From NCBI RefSeq assembly GCF_006345805.1, contig NC_042999.1, positions 136,462,001 through 136,526,000 on the forward strand: a DNA stretch of 64,000 bases. Direction: 5' to 3'. The DNA comes from Octopus sinensis (taxonomy: Eukaryota). The notes beneath the pieces are model-generated. The model saw only the letters and a list, made by a program, of their open reading frames with translations, made no database searches and had not been told where the DNA came from. The position numbers and the translations under genes are program-made. Positions 22,498 to 35,585 of this stretch are shown piece by piece; positions within the stretch are counted from its first letter, which is position 1, and every line of letters begins with the position of its first letter.

Positions 22498-24731
22498 CAT
22501 CCTGCAAATGGACAGAGATTTAGAGACATACTACTCGAAGCCTCTGACGAAATAGAAGGGGATATAGCTTCACTTAATGTGGAAGACAACTGGAGATTCC
22601 TACGGGACAATCTGCTGACAGCCACTGACCAGATCTGTGGATGGAGCAAAGTACCATCTCGACCCAGAGTAACATGGTGGTGGAACACTGTGGTTGACGG
22701 GGCTATTAGACAAAAGAGACAGGCTTGGAAGGACTGGAAGAACGGTGGTAGCAGGGAATTGTATCAGACAGCCAAAAGGGAAGCTAGGAGACAGGTTTAT
22801 TTAGCCAGAGGGGAAGCGGATAAGAAAAAATTTGCCAATGTTCTGAGCCGTGAGGATGAAAGACTTGAGGTATTTCGTGTTGCAAGACAGTGTGTGAGAG
22901 AGAATCGTGATGTGGTAGGAGCGAAGTGTGTTCGCATGGATGATGGTTCACTTGCGCTAAATGAGGATGCAAAGAGAGAGGTTTGGAGATGCCACTATGA
23001 AAGGTTGCTGAATAAAGAAAATGAATGGGATAAAGAGAGTCTGCCAAATGTTGACCCAACAGAGGGACCAGCTATCCGAGTTGATAGTTCCGTGGTAGCT
23101 AAGGCAATTAGAAGCATGAAGACAGGGAAAGCCCCAGGCCCATCAGGAATTACTGCAGAGATGCTCAAAATATCTGGCAGTGTCGGCTATAACCTAGTCA
23201 CCCATATAGTCAACCAGGTGATACACGAAGGAGTCATACCCAATGACTGGTGTAGCAGCATACTAGTCAACTGCTACAAAGGTAAAGGTGATGCCCTGGA
23301 TACAAATAATTACAGAGGTATCAAGCTGTTGGATCAGGTAATGAAGGTTATGGAGAGGGTCATAGCCCAACTAATTAGAGAGAGAGTTAGTTTAGATGAG
23401 ATGCAGTTTGGGTTTGTCCCAGGGAAAAGCACCACTGATGCTATATTCCTGGTAAGGCAGCTGCAGGAGAAATACCTAGCCAAAGATAAGCCCCTGTACC
23501 TGGCTTTCGTTGACATGGAGAAAGCCTTTGATAGGGTCCCCCGATCCCTCATCTGGTGGTCAATGAGGAAACTAGGGATAGATGAATGGCTGGTGAGGGC
23601 TGTGCAAGCCATGTACAGAGATGCCGTAAGTAAGGTTAGAGTTGGCAACATGTACACAGAAGAATTCAAGTAGAGGTTGGGGTCCACCAGGGTTCAGTAC
23701 TCAGCCCCCTCCTATTTATCATAGTCCTCCAGGCAATAACGGAGGAATTCAAGACAGGTTGCCCCTGGGAGCTCCTCTATGCTGACGACCTCGCTCTAAT
23801 CGCTGAGTCACTATCAGAACTGGAGGAGAAGTTCCAGGTGTGGAAGGAGGGTTTAGAATCGAGGGGCCTTAGAGTCAACCTAGCTAAAACCAAAGTACTA
23901 ATAAATAGGAAGGTAGAAAATCCACAAATATCCTCAGGAAGATGGCCCTGCTCGATCTGTAGAAAAGGTGTAGGTAGAAACTCTATAAGATGTACCCAGT
24001 GTAAGCTATGGACACATAAGAGGTGCAGCAATGTCAAAGGTAGGCTAACTGGGAAGATAGTTTTTGTATGTGGCAGGTGCTCTGGAGCATTGACCTCCGA
24101 AAATCTGCAGAAAACAACTTCCGTCACTTTCCGGGGGGAAAAACTAGAAGTAGTTGATAGCTTCCGCTATCTAGGTGACCAAGTCAGTAGTGGGGGTGGG
24201 TGCGCTGAAAGTGTAACTGCTAGAATAAGAATAGCCTGGGCAAAGTTTAGGGAGCTCTTACCTCTGCTGGTGACTAAAGGCCTCTCGCTCAGAGTAAAAG
24301 GCAGACTGTATGATGCATGTGTACGAACAGCTATGCTACATAGCAGTGAAACATGGGCCGTGACTGCTGAGGACATGCGTAAGCTCGTGAGGAACGAAGC
24401 CAGTATGCTCCGATGGATGTGTAATGTCAGTGTACTTACTCGACAGAGCGTTAGTACCTTGAGAGAAATGTTGTACCTAAGAAGCATCAGTTGTTGTGTG
24501 CAAGAGAGACGATTGCGCTGGTATGGTCATGTGGCGAGAATGGATGAAGATAGGTGTGTGAGAAAGTGCCAATCCCTAGCAGTTAAGGGAACCCATGGAA
24601 GAGGTAGACCCAGGAAAACCTGGGACGAGGTGGTGAAGCACGACCTTCGGACGTTAGGTCTCACCATGGAAATGACTAGAGACCGAGACCTATGGAAGTA
24701 TGCTGTGCGTGAGAAGACCCAGCAAGACTAG
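22498..24731 (+). pseudogene. RTE reverse transcriptase ORF with a single 1-bp deletion at about 23670
   Basis: Frame 1 ends EEFK*. Frame 3 continues VEVGVHQGSVLSPLLFIIVLQAITEEFKTGCPWELLYADDLAL into the 23838-24731 ORF. Restoring one base joins the two frames. Confidence 0.9.
23943..24083 (+). other. C4HC3 PHD-type zinc finger embedded in the RTE RT domain
   Basis: CSIC-x10-CTQC-x4-H-x2-C-x14-CGRC, located between NLAKTK and EVVDSFRYLG. Confidence 0.8.
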
Positions 24732-25639
24732 TGAAGCCATAATCCGTGGCCCCTACCTGGGACGTAGTCAGTCCACCTGTGCATACCTTCCTTCTTGTGA
24801 CACTTGTGAAGACCTGTTGAGGCAAGTGAGAATCGAATCGAATCAAATCAAATCAAATCGAACCAAATCAAAATAGATGAACATCAATGGAATTTGTATC
24901 CTTGTGGTACCAGTGCCGGTGGCACATAAGAAAACCATCCGAACGTGACCGTAGCCAGTACCGCAACGACTGGCCTCCGTGCTGAGGGCACGTAACAAAC
25001 ACCATCCGAGCGTGGCCGTCCGCCAGCCTCGTCTGGCACCTGTGTCGGTGACACATAAGAAAACACCATCCGAGCGTGGCCGTCAGCCAGCCTCGTCTGG
25101 CACCTGTGTCGGTGGCACATAAAAAACACCATCCAAGCGTGGCCGTCTGCCAGCCTCGTCTGGCACCTGTGTTGGTGGCACATAAAATCACCCACTACAC
25201 TCTCGGAGTGGTTGGCGTTAGGAAGGGCATCCAGCTGTAGAAACACTGCCATATCTGACTGGCCTGGTGCAGCCTTCGGGCTTGCCAGACCCCAGTTGAA
25301 CCGTCCAACCCATGCTAGCATGGAAAGCGGACGTTAAACGATGATGATGATGATGATGATGATATATATATATATATATATATATTAATGTATATATATT
25401 AATCCGGAATATTTTCCACTCCATTTTCCCCTTTTTTCTATCTGTTTTCTCTTCCCATTCTTTTCTATAGTACAGCATAAGCTTAAAACATCAAAGACTC
25501 TTTCACTTTTCTTGAGTGTCAAACGAATACATTTTGTTTGATGTTTCCTCACCTGTCTCCATCTTTTGTTTTGTTTTGTTTTTTTGTACAATTTTGAACT
25601 ACACACATACATACACTCACACACACATAGTTCATAGTA

Positions 25640-26110
25640 TATACTGTTACAGTGCTTCTACCAAATTCAAAGTTTATGTTCCCTGCTAATCTGCTTTTGA
25701 TTCCACTACATCTCTTGTGTGTCCATAATTTATATTGAGTACAGCATATTGAACAAGGCCATTTCTTTGAAGGTACTAGGATCATGTCTGATTTCCTACT
25801 AAGACCTTTATCTTTGCTAAGTTCACCTTAAAGCCTTTCAATTCTAGGCTTAGTTTGCATGCTCAGAATTTCCTGTCTAACTTCCCTACAGATTCAGTAA
25901 TGATTAATAAGAAGAGACTGAGCCTTAATGATCTTCAACCCTCATACTAAATTTGTCCCTGAAGTCATCTTTGGCTCTCACTTTACTTACTGCATCATTG
26001 TACATGGCTGGTACAGCTCTTGCATATTACTTGTCAGTGCCTAGTTGCCTTAGTGACCTCTTAATTACTGCTAATGTTATCTTGTAAAATACCTCCTCCA
26101 AGTCAAAAAA
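25640..26110 (-). mobile_element. Older RTE RT fragment, inverted relative to the adjacent young copy
   Basis: Minus strand: SLRQLGTDK*YARAVPAMYNDAVSKVR (cf. SMRKLGIDEWLVRAVQAMYRDAVSKVR) and WPCSIC-CTQYKLWTHKRCSGIKSRL. Confidence 0.8.
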
Positions 26111-26179
26111 AGAAAGTCAGGAATAATGGTTTACTCTTAGCCAAGTATCAAGTCATCCCATAAGATCTGTCCAAATTTT

Positions 26180-27090
26180 TAATAAAGAAAACAAGTGATC
26201 AAATGTTATATTTAATTGAAATTTAATTATCAATGTACTTTCCCTGATTATCTATGACTTCCTTCTATCTATTTACAAACTTTTTAATCCCATCAATGTA
26301 AAACTCTTTTGGTTTCAAAGTAAAGAACTCTGAAATGTCAGTTTCAACTTCCTCCTGGCTTGCGAAAGTTATTTCCCCCAAATGATTCTGTAAACTACAA
26401 AACAAATGGTAGTCTGAAGGAGCAAGGCTGGGAGAATAAGGCAGATGAGGAATTTTTTCCCAACCAAGCTCTTCAATCTTTTGTGATGTGATCTTTGCAG
26501 TGTGGTGTCACAAATTTTCCTGATGAAACATCACTCCTTTTTGATTCACTAAAGTGGGTCTTTTTTCATCAAAGCTTAGTTCAAATGCTCTAATTGCTGA
26601 CAGTAGACTCTTAAGTATTGATTGTTGCATTAGGTGGTAGCAATTCAAAGTGAATTACTCCTTTGCAATCCCACCAGATAGAGAGAAGAACCTTTTTCCC
26701 ATGAAGTTCCTTTCTCGGTTGTGGTTGAGCTTTTTCCCTTTTACCAAGCCACTGTTTATGACATTTAACATTTCAATAGAAGATCCGTTTTTCATCACCA
26801 GTCACAAGTCTATCCATAAAGGGGGAAATGAGTTCGAAAGAATGAAGAGAAGAGCAGATGTTAACTTGGGATTTGTGGTTGCTTTCAGACAATTCATGAG
26901 GCACTCATTTTTCAAGTTTAGGAACCTTTCCAAGTTGTTGAAGATGATGATGAACAGTCGTATGGTTTGAACTAAGCTTTATTACCAATTCTTCAACTGA
27001 TAATGCAGGATTTTCTTCAAGTAATGCCTCAAGGAGCTTATCATCAAACTCACCTGGACGTCCTGTTCGATCATTATCTTCAAGGCTGTG
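26180..27090 (-). mobile_element. Mariner (Tc1/mariner) transposase remnant
   Basis: Minus strand: LEDNDRTGRP, *VPHELSE, VTGDEK, IWWDCKGVIHFELL, LGWEKIPHLPYSPSLAPSDYHLF. The 5' end is replaced by a SINE fragment at about 27090-27312. Confidence 0.88.
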
Positions 27091-28019
27091 TGTTTGTGTA
27101 TCTACGTTTGTTCCCCATCCCGAATTGGCAACTAGTGTTGGTGTGTTTATGTCCCTGTGACTTAGCTGTTCAGCATAAGAGACCAATAGAATAAGTATCG
27201 GGTTTTAAAGAGGAATAAGTACTGGAGTCGATTCATTCAACTAAAAATTCTTCAAGGTGGTGTCCCAGCATGGCCACAGTCAAATGACTGAAACAAGTAA
27301 AAGGTAAAAGATTATACAAAAATACTAGCAGCGTCAATAACTTGATTAAACCCCCAAGCACTGTGTTAGAGTACACACTTCCAATAATAAGTACAGTAGA
27401 ATAACAACTATTGTTTCCCTCTGAGTCTACCTTCCTACCTTCACTTGAACACAATAGCATGCAAAAGCAGACTGGTTAAAATAAAACAATTCTTGCATAC
27501 TGCACAGTAAACCAATCTATGGTTACTCAATATGGCTGTTAACTAGATGGTGGGTAGATTGATGACACCTACATCTCTGCTCAGTTGAGGCTGATCTGGA
27601 ACTAAACAACTACAGCAACAGCTATAGTGAATACCAGAGACACTCGATAATCGTGTGAAATAAAAAAAAATATTGATTTCCTCCCTTTCTACAATTGAAC
27701 AACATTGAAAATACCTGACATGTCAATTTTTACTTGCAAACTTTGCCTACAATTTCTTATTGCTAGCTATTTTCAAGTTTTGAAGAATATATGCTATATT
27801 TCTATCTGAATATTGAAATATCAGGTGTTTATTAGTCTCTCATCAATAAGAACTGATGGAAATTAGCAGCTGTTATGTAAAGATTTTTCGCCATTTTTGA
27901 ATGTGAGATATTAATGTAATAGTTAATTTAATAAAGGAATCCTGTTCAGTAAAACCAGACAAAAATGACATTGAATAGGATAATATAAATTACTCAATGT
28001 AGTTTCCTTACACACACAT

Positions 28020-28046
28020 AGATATATATATATATGTGTATATAAG

Positions 28047-28119
<73 letters not shown>

Positions 28120-28145
28120 AATATATACATATTAAATACACATAT
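28020..28145. repeat. (TA)n microsatellite
   Basis: Long TA run. Similar runs at 32485-32610, 35290-35585, 59815-59945 and 62690-62760. Confidence 0.95.
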
Positions 28146-28910
28146 ATACATTATTCAGAGAGAAAGTGAGTGATATACATATATGCATATATATATATAT
28201 ATATATAAATCACTGATTTGTAGTGAAGATCTCGCTAATCAATAAATGTTTGCTTTATAAAAGGCTTCATATACCTTTAAATATCTAATGGAGGTTATAG
28301 TTAAAGCTTTCTGAAGATGTAGTTTCATTTCTGCTTTCTATATTTGTTGACATAACAATGCATTATTCGAAAATTAACAAATATTTGGAATTTCTGGTAG
28401 AAAGAATAAGTAAAATATTCAGAAGTTCATTAAAAAAAAATAATAAACATACTTAAATTATTACATGATGAATATTATCAGATGCTATAATGGATAAATG
28501 GCAAATTGAAAAATATTCATTGTAAATGCCAATACTGAGAGTTTTTTTTTCTTTTTTTAACATCTAATAAACACTTTGTAAAAGCAGTTGAAATATGTTG
28601 TTTGATGCCAGGTGAATAAATAATGTATGCTGACATGGCAAAGTTATTGTCTTTTTTTAATTGGTTTTTGGCTCAGTTATGTTTTTGAATTTGTTTTATT
28701 TTGGTGAATAGAATTCTGTGTAAATGGAAGATATGAAAATATTTTCAATATTTTAGTTGAACAAGCAGAACAGAATGCCATTATTTCCAGTTTACGAAGA
28801 AATGTTTTACGATGAAATAAAATGCCAAAAAATGGTTTGAAATAATAGCTGACATGTTTAGAGGAATGGAAATAAGTGAATTATTGTTAACAAGGAAACT
28901 GTCTTCTTAC

Positions 28911-28971
28911 CTTAACAAAGCATGGCTAGACAGCTCAGCAGATACATAATATGGATATGCAAAAAAGTGGA
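28911..28971 (-). CDS. Weak candidate internal exon
   Basis: Strong donor AG|GTAAGA and open frame HFFAYPYYVSAELSSHALL. Phases (1 in, 2 out) fit between 49454-49533 and 9053-9152. The acceptor (tctaag|) is poor. Confidence 0.2.
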
Positions 28972-29409
28972 CTTAGATTTTGACAGATGATATAGTGGGG
29001 GAATAGCTAAGATAACATGGTAGGTATACAGCATATACCTAACATAGTGAGTATATAGCAGGAATATAGAATATAGTGGGTACATTTAACTTAGTCAGGG
29101 TAACATCTACCCAGGTTAAATATATAAATATGCATAATCAACAAAAGTTATGTGTGTATATCTATATATCTATACACACACACACATGCACACACACACA
29201 CACACACACACACATCGCACACACACACACACACACAGAGTCACACACTGGAACAAGATATGGTATCAAATTTTGTTAAACTGTCCCACTCATGCCAGCT
29301 TGGGAAGTAGATATAAAATTATAATGATGATATATATAGTGTACTGTTTGTTGAGAGGATCAGCACAAAGTATTCGATTCAGCAAGAGACAACTATCATA
29401 TAATGAATA

Positions 29410-30335
29410 CAGGAGTTATACATGAGCTACTTCAAGTTTTCTCTTTGGATAGTGCAGCAATCAGACAGGCTTGTATAACATACCAGGCATGATCTGTCAA
29501 TCATTCAAACCCAAATGAGATGGTTGCTCTGTGAAGAAATGTGAAAACCTTGAGAAGAAAACAAGAAACGTTTTAAGGGAAAGATAGAAAATTCCTTCAT
29601 GGAATCTAGGTTATGTCCCTTTGATCTACTAAATGTAGACTTCTGTTAATTTTGAGTGTTTACATCTAAAACAATGGGGGAAGTTTGATGAGAGAAAGGC
29701 TAAAATGAGTTAAACTGAGTATCTAATCCAATGAGGGGTAGGGGCTACATTTTCCAGTCCTATAACACAAACTTGTCAAGATGCATACATCTAGTGAAAA
29801 TACATCTAGTGATCTTGAGTTTAGAAGGTGCAGTTCTTTGATCTAGTAAGGATGTGTGCTCTTTCGATTATACAGAGCCAGCTCTTTTTGACCCATTAAT
29901 GCATGACCTAGATCTCTCTATAATGCTTCATTTGATGATGTGTAGTTTACTGCTACCCTTCAGGTTATATATATAGCTTACCAGCTTTGTGCTTTTCTTT
30001 TTTTGTCAACATGTATGGTAGATAGCATATTTCATTTTGAAGTCACTTTGGCTCCCTTATTCAGTGACCTTGGTTTCATAGACAATTGGGCTAACTATGC
30101 ATACCTGGTCTAGAGGGAAAATATCTAAGGTTTTATAGTTGCAGTCTGAAGTAAATATTTTGATTGGCTTACATGAATTGATATTTTTCATATTAAAGCT
30201 GAAGCTGTAGGAATCTTTCACAGACCATTTATTGAAAATTTTCTTTTATCTATGGCTGTCAGAGAAATGTTTATCTATCAGGGCTAGGAATTTCTTATTG
30301 TAAAAACCCATGTAATTTGTGCACCTGTGTAATTT
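29410..30335 (-). mobile_element. Penelope-like element remnant (linker, GIY-YIG and 3' region)
   Basis: Minus strand: KKFLALIDKHFSDSHR*KKIFNKWSVKDSYSF (cf. KFLxLIDKHFPxxHxLHKIFNRNTVKxSYSC), followed by Cys-containing and YNLK...IK*SIIERSRSCINGSK...LLNS segments. Confidence 0.8.
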
Positions 30336-31352
30336 ACGCAGGTGATTTTCAAGATAAAAATTGTTACAAAAAAGCTTCTACTCATATAAAATCTGCACCC
30401 AAAAGTTTTCAGAATTGCCAATATGGCCAGGGAGGAAAGATTTTCAGTTTACTTGTATTTAGCATAATTTCACTTACTTATGATTAGATTTTATTAAATT
30501 TCCATTAAATAAAAATAATTTCTGTTTAACAGGTATCACATTGAAAGCTATTAAATTACAAAGTGTCTGTGTTCTTTATAATAATCTTTATTTTACATTT
30601 CTTGCTCACAAGAGATTATTTCCATACTGCTGTATGTCTTCTCAAATCACAATCACAAGAAAAGTTGTTGATAAGAATTATCAACAAAAACAAAGCTGAT
30701 AAATACCCACAGGTGTTGCAAATTAAGTTTAATTACCAATAAACATCAGCTTGGATGACACTTTACTCAACCAAGTAAAATATGTAAAATATGGCCCAGA
30801 CCATGATTACCTGCATGAAAATCGGACTTCAAAAAGTAGTTAACCATTTGATGGTTTTAGTAAATTTATGCAAAAGAAGTAAGCATTATACCATTCAGCA
30901 TAAATAAAAGTCAACTTCATTATATTTAAGCCTTCATTTTTCCCATAAAAACCTATTCAGACATTAAATGGGTTGACTTCCAGTATGTTTATGTTTTGTA
31001 TGTCATTTTTCAACAAAAAAATTTCTAAAAAAATCCTGAAAACAATCCACTCATGTAATTTATGCACCCCTAAAGTTTATTTTTATTTTTGTAAAAAAAT
31101 ATACATAAATTACATGGGTTTTTATGGTATCTACATTAGTCCTAATATGAAGGAGAAAGGGTGAGCAAACCATATAAGATTTCTAGATCTATTTGTAAGC
31201 TTGGTTCTTTTTGGGGTCAGAGTGTATGATATCTTCCCTTTAAAGTCACTGTCAGCCAGGGTATTATCACACTAGGGGTATGTCTTATCAAAAATGTCTT
31301 TAGATATATAAAAAGGTTAGAGATCCTATTACTAATGCTAGCGATATAGTTT

Positions 31353-31582
31353 TTAACACTTTACCATTCAGATTATTCTGTTAAATGCAGTGCTTATTTA
31401 TTCACTTTGTTTTGAATTAATCATACATTATCATGAAGCTTCAAGATTTCAATGATGCAATTGTTTAGTTTTCAGAATGACATTGTAGGATAAGTGTAAG
31501 AGGCCAGATCTGGCCAATTTGAACAAAAAACAGGGTAGAATATTTGGGCTGGATGTAGCCAGTTTAAATGCTAAAGGGTTAA
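31353..31582. mobile_element. piggyBac-type MITE
   Basis: TTAA-cactttaccatt ... aatgctaaaggg-TTAA: short terminal inverted repeats with TTAA target sites. Homologous copy at 55160-55384. Confidence 0.75.
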
Positions 31583-32130
31583 AGATGACAAAGGGAGTGG
31601 TAAGATTGTGTATGTACCTAGGTTCAGGAAAACATATAAGATGTCAACTTTAGTGATGTTTATAGCTACTGAGAATGACAATTACTACATATTTTACTAA
31701 AATTGACTTAGTGGCTAATAGCAGGCAAATAATATAGTGTATAAAAACAAGAGTTGTTGATTGATATATGGTTATATAACATTGGTAAATGACAGTGTGA
31801 ATGTATAAGCATAATAACATAGAGCATTTAGTATAGGTACCAGAGTATACTAGGTATACCATAGTATCTATATTAAATGCCCTACATCATATAGCAATAG
31901 AGGTATTCATGAACTGAAATCCATCAATAGCTAAAATATTTCACAAGGTATAGTTGATAGTTTTGATTATGTAGGAGATCTAATTATGCTGGAGGTGAGC
32001 TTAGCGAAAACATAGTTACCAAAGTAAAGAAGGGTGAGGAAAAGAACAATTACATCTAATACTGACGAATCATTTCAATCTTTCTACAAAAAGTAAGACT
32101 ATAGGGGGTATATATGTGTGTGGGTGTGTT

Positions 32131-32480
32131 GAGGCGCAATGGCCCAGTGGTTAGAGCAGCAGACTCATGGCTGTAGGATCGTGGTTTTGATTCCCAGACA
32201 AGGCATTGTGGGTGGGGATGGTGAACCTTGCTGTACTTTTTCACAACAACTTTCTCTTACTCTTTCTTCCTGTTTCTGTGGTACCTGTATTTCAAAGGGC
32301 CAGCCTTGTCACACTCTGTGTCATGTCGACTCTACCCAAGAATTACGTTAAGGGCACACGTGTCTGTAGAATGCTCAGCCACTTGCATGTTAATTTCACG
32401 AGCATGTTAATTTCACAAGCAGGTTGTTCCATTGATTGGATCAACTGAAACCGTCGTTGTTGTAACCAATTGAGCGCCAC
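32131..32480 (+). mobile_element. tRNA-derived SINE, family C
   Basis: gaggcgcaatggcccagtggttagagcagcagactcatggctgtaggatcgtggttttgattccc, followed by the family body. Confidence 0.8.
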
Positions 32481-32481
32481 G

Positions 32482-32613
<132 letters not shown>

Positions 32614-33480
32614 TAGAGAGCATTCTATATAGTATGGATATACAGCATAATGAGTATCTAGTATAAATAAATATGGTGGGTATATAACATAACTTAAAAA
32701 GATAATATGTTATTGAACAGTGATCTACCATCTGCAAGGTGAACAGATTATATCTGATCTTGTTTTTCAGACATTTATCACTGACTATAAATAGGTACCA
32801 TTCAGAAGTACAATTCTCTCAAGTAATTAATATAAATTCTGTAATTTAAAAATATAAAGTTCAACTAAATCATTTTGAATTTTCTTTTATCTCGTCTCTC
32901 TGAATTTATCTGTATGACTGTTGTTCAAGCAACAGAGATCAGCAGTTCACGGCACACATCCATATCAATAAGATTAGTTCTCTGATGTCTGATTCCATTT
33001 TCCCTTCTTAACTTAATAATTACAACTCTTTATTGTCATGTCTTGTTATTATTCTAACATGAAAAAAGAAAAAAAAAACAATTTTTTTTTCTACAAAGCC
33101 TTAACTACAACTAAATAAAAATCTGGAGGGAAATTAACAGATATTATTGCTACAAATTATGTGCAAAAAAAAAAAGAAAAGAACCAGTCTTTAACTTGTG
33201 ATGATAATATAATAAAATATGAAATTCCAGTGTCATCCTGGGAAAGTGTGTTTGCTCATTAAGTAATAAGAAAGTTGCTATGAGCCTAGAACTGTGTACA
33301 TAGTGCAAATAGTGGGACCTCTTTGTGAGACTGACAGAGAACAAGGATTTTGGTTGTAATAAATGTATAAGAGTTAGTAGTTGAGATATTCTTCAATTCA
33401 AGTCATCAATGAATAAGGTATTTTACAAAGTGTAGTTGATAGTTTTAGCTATCTAGGTGATCTAATTAGTACTGCAAACC

Positions 33481-33712
33481 CAGGTGGCACTGCTCATAAT
33501 GTGGAGAAAAGTAAAATCAATAAATACAGAGGCCTCACCAGCTGCTATCAGTTTGTGCCAGTCACTGTTGAGATGTCAGATGTTCCAGAACCCCATACTA
33601 CTGATTTACTCCACAAAATAGGGTAACAGTGGTCTGTTGGAGAAATTAGCCCTGCTAGGCAGAGTGGCTTCTGCAACGAGTGTCACTGACCATTCTCCAT
33701 GGTAATTTTCCA
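33481..33712 (+). mobile_element. CRE-like RLE LINE C-terminal remnant
   Basis: GGTAHNVEKSKINKYRGLTSCYQFVPVTVE...LLHKIG...QRVSLTIL.HGN resembles the CRE consensus A..AE..K..KY..L...Y.FVPVAVET.G...QR.S.AI.RGN. Confidence 0.6.
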
Positions 33713-34386
33713 TTCTCCATGGCTGAGCACACCTTTTGTTTTGAGATATGTGGCCTGTTGCCCCTCCTCCTCCTTCATCAACTGCTGTTTTACCTACCAC
33801 CACATGCACTTTATTGTTTTCTTTCTTTTTCTTTCTTCTCTCTCTTCGGTAAAAAGCATAGCTACCACAATAAAGAAGAGGAGGAAAGAACTATCACTTC
33901 TATTATTAATGAAGGGTTTCTTTCTTCCTTTTCTAAACTGTTTGAAGTGTGATACTATGTTGTTGCAAAATAATAGATATTGGAAGTGGAAGATCTGAGG
34001 AGCATGGTGAGAAACAAGTGGAACACATGATCTAATGGATGAATACTGTTAACTCGGTATTAAAGACATTAGCTGATGTTTACAAGAAATATAGGTGATG
34101 TATGCATATATGATATGAAGAAACGATGGGCAACGTGTGGAAAAGTATAATGTGCAGACAGCAGAGGGTGCCCATGGGAAAGAATGACCAAAAAGATGAA
34201 GGAAGAATTAATAATGAAGTCACATCTCAAGATATGGAGTCTCTTTGAGAAGATAGCAATAGACTGAGATAACTGATATGTTGTAAAATGGACATGTCCA
34301 ATTCTTAGCAGTTTGAAAAAAGTGGATATTGAAATGAAGATGACAACGATGGTGGTGGTGGTGGTGGTGGTGGTAGTGGGGGGGTT

Positions 34387-34620
34387 AAGTGGCGAGCTGG
34401 TAGAATCGTTAGCACGTCGGGCGAAATGCTTTGCGGTATTTCGGCTGCCGTTACGTTGTGAGTTCAAATTCTGCCGAGGTCGACTTTGCCTTTCATCCTT
34501 TCGGGGTCGATAAATTAAGTACCAGTTACGCACTGGGGTCGATGTAATCGACTTAATCCATTTGTCTGTCCTTGCTTGTCCCCTCTGTGTTTAGCCCCTT
34601 GTGGGTAGTAAAGAAATAGG
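34387..34620 (+). mobile_element. tRNA-derived SINE, family A (young, CpG-rich)
   Basis: gtggcgagctggtagaatcgttagcacgtcgggcgaaatgc...gagttcaaattctgccgaggtcgac...gtagtaaagaaatagg. Near-identical copy at 45509-45731. Confidence 0.9.
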
Positions 34621-34927
34621 TAGTGGGAGGTTAATAATGACAATGATGACTATTATAATAATGATGATAATGGGGGGGGGGGGAGGATGCTCATCATTAT
34701 CATGATAAACCATCATACAGAATTCATTTTATCTGTACCTTATTGTACATCTAATGGATCATACCCCTCTTGTCCTACTTCACTTACAATAAATCCCTTG
34801 TATCCATGGTTTATTTCTCTGCAGCATGACATCTCTTATATGTGCTTTGTATAGCCTGTCACTGAGAGAAAGGCATATACATGTATGTGTATGTATGTAT
34901 ATGTGTATACACACACACAAACACACA

Positions 34928-34987
<60 letters not shown>

Positions 34988-35363
34988 ACAGTTATCTAAA
35001 TTTTCATATCTCTTGAATCCTAGCAACAATGTTATATCACTAGCTCTGTTTCCAGCATTATGCTTGTGTGCTTGTGTATGTAAGGGGAGGAGTTGTCTGT
35101 ATTGTGTGTGTGTGTGTGTGTGTGTGTCATATATATTTGTACGTTTGTGTGTATACATCTATATGTAAATCTATATCTGTATATATTCATGAATGAAAGT
35201 GAAGGAGAGCCATACAGAGATGGGGGAGATGCACACCCACTCACCAACACATAAATATCTAATATAGTTTATGAAATATATCTGCAAAGACACTTTCGAT
35301 TTATCAAATATATAAATATATAAATAATGTATGTATATATACATATATATATGTATGTATGAG

Positions 35364-35394
<31 letters not shown>

Positions 35395-35429
35395 TGTATG
35401 TATATATACATATATATATGTATGTATGA

Positions 35430-35482
<53 letters not shown>

Positions 35483-35527
35483 GTATGTATATATATTTAA
35501 AATGTATGTATGTATATATATATATAC

Positions 35528-35585
<58 letters not shown>

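Larger units (their letters stand above)
22498..25365 (+). mobile_element. RTE-clade LINE, 5'-truncated, young, with RT, repeat-containing 3' UTR and (GAT)n tail
   Basis: RT motifs KAPGPSG, NYRGIKLL, QFGF, DMEKAFDRVPR, GVHQGSVLSP, YADD, FRYLG. Stop at 24731, then UTR, five tandem units and catgctagcatggaaagcggacgttaaacgatgatgat. Confidence 0.93.

Noticed and set aside
24905-25195. Regular ~63-bp (and 70-bp at 19428) periodicity suggestive of a CRISPR array
   Set aside because: Whole units repeat, with no unique spacers and no cas genes, in a eukaryotic context.
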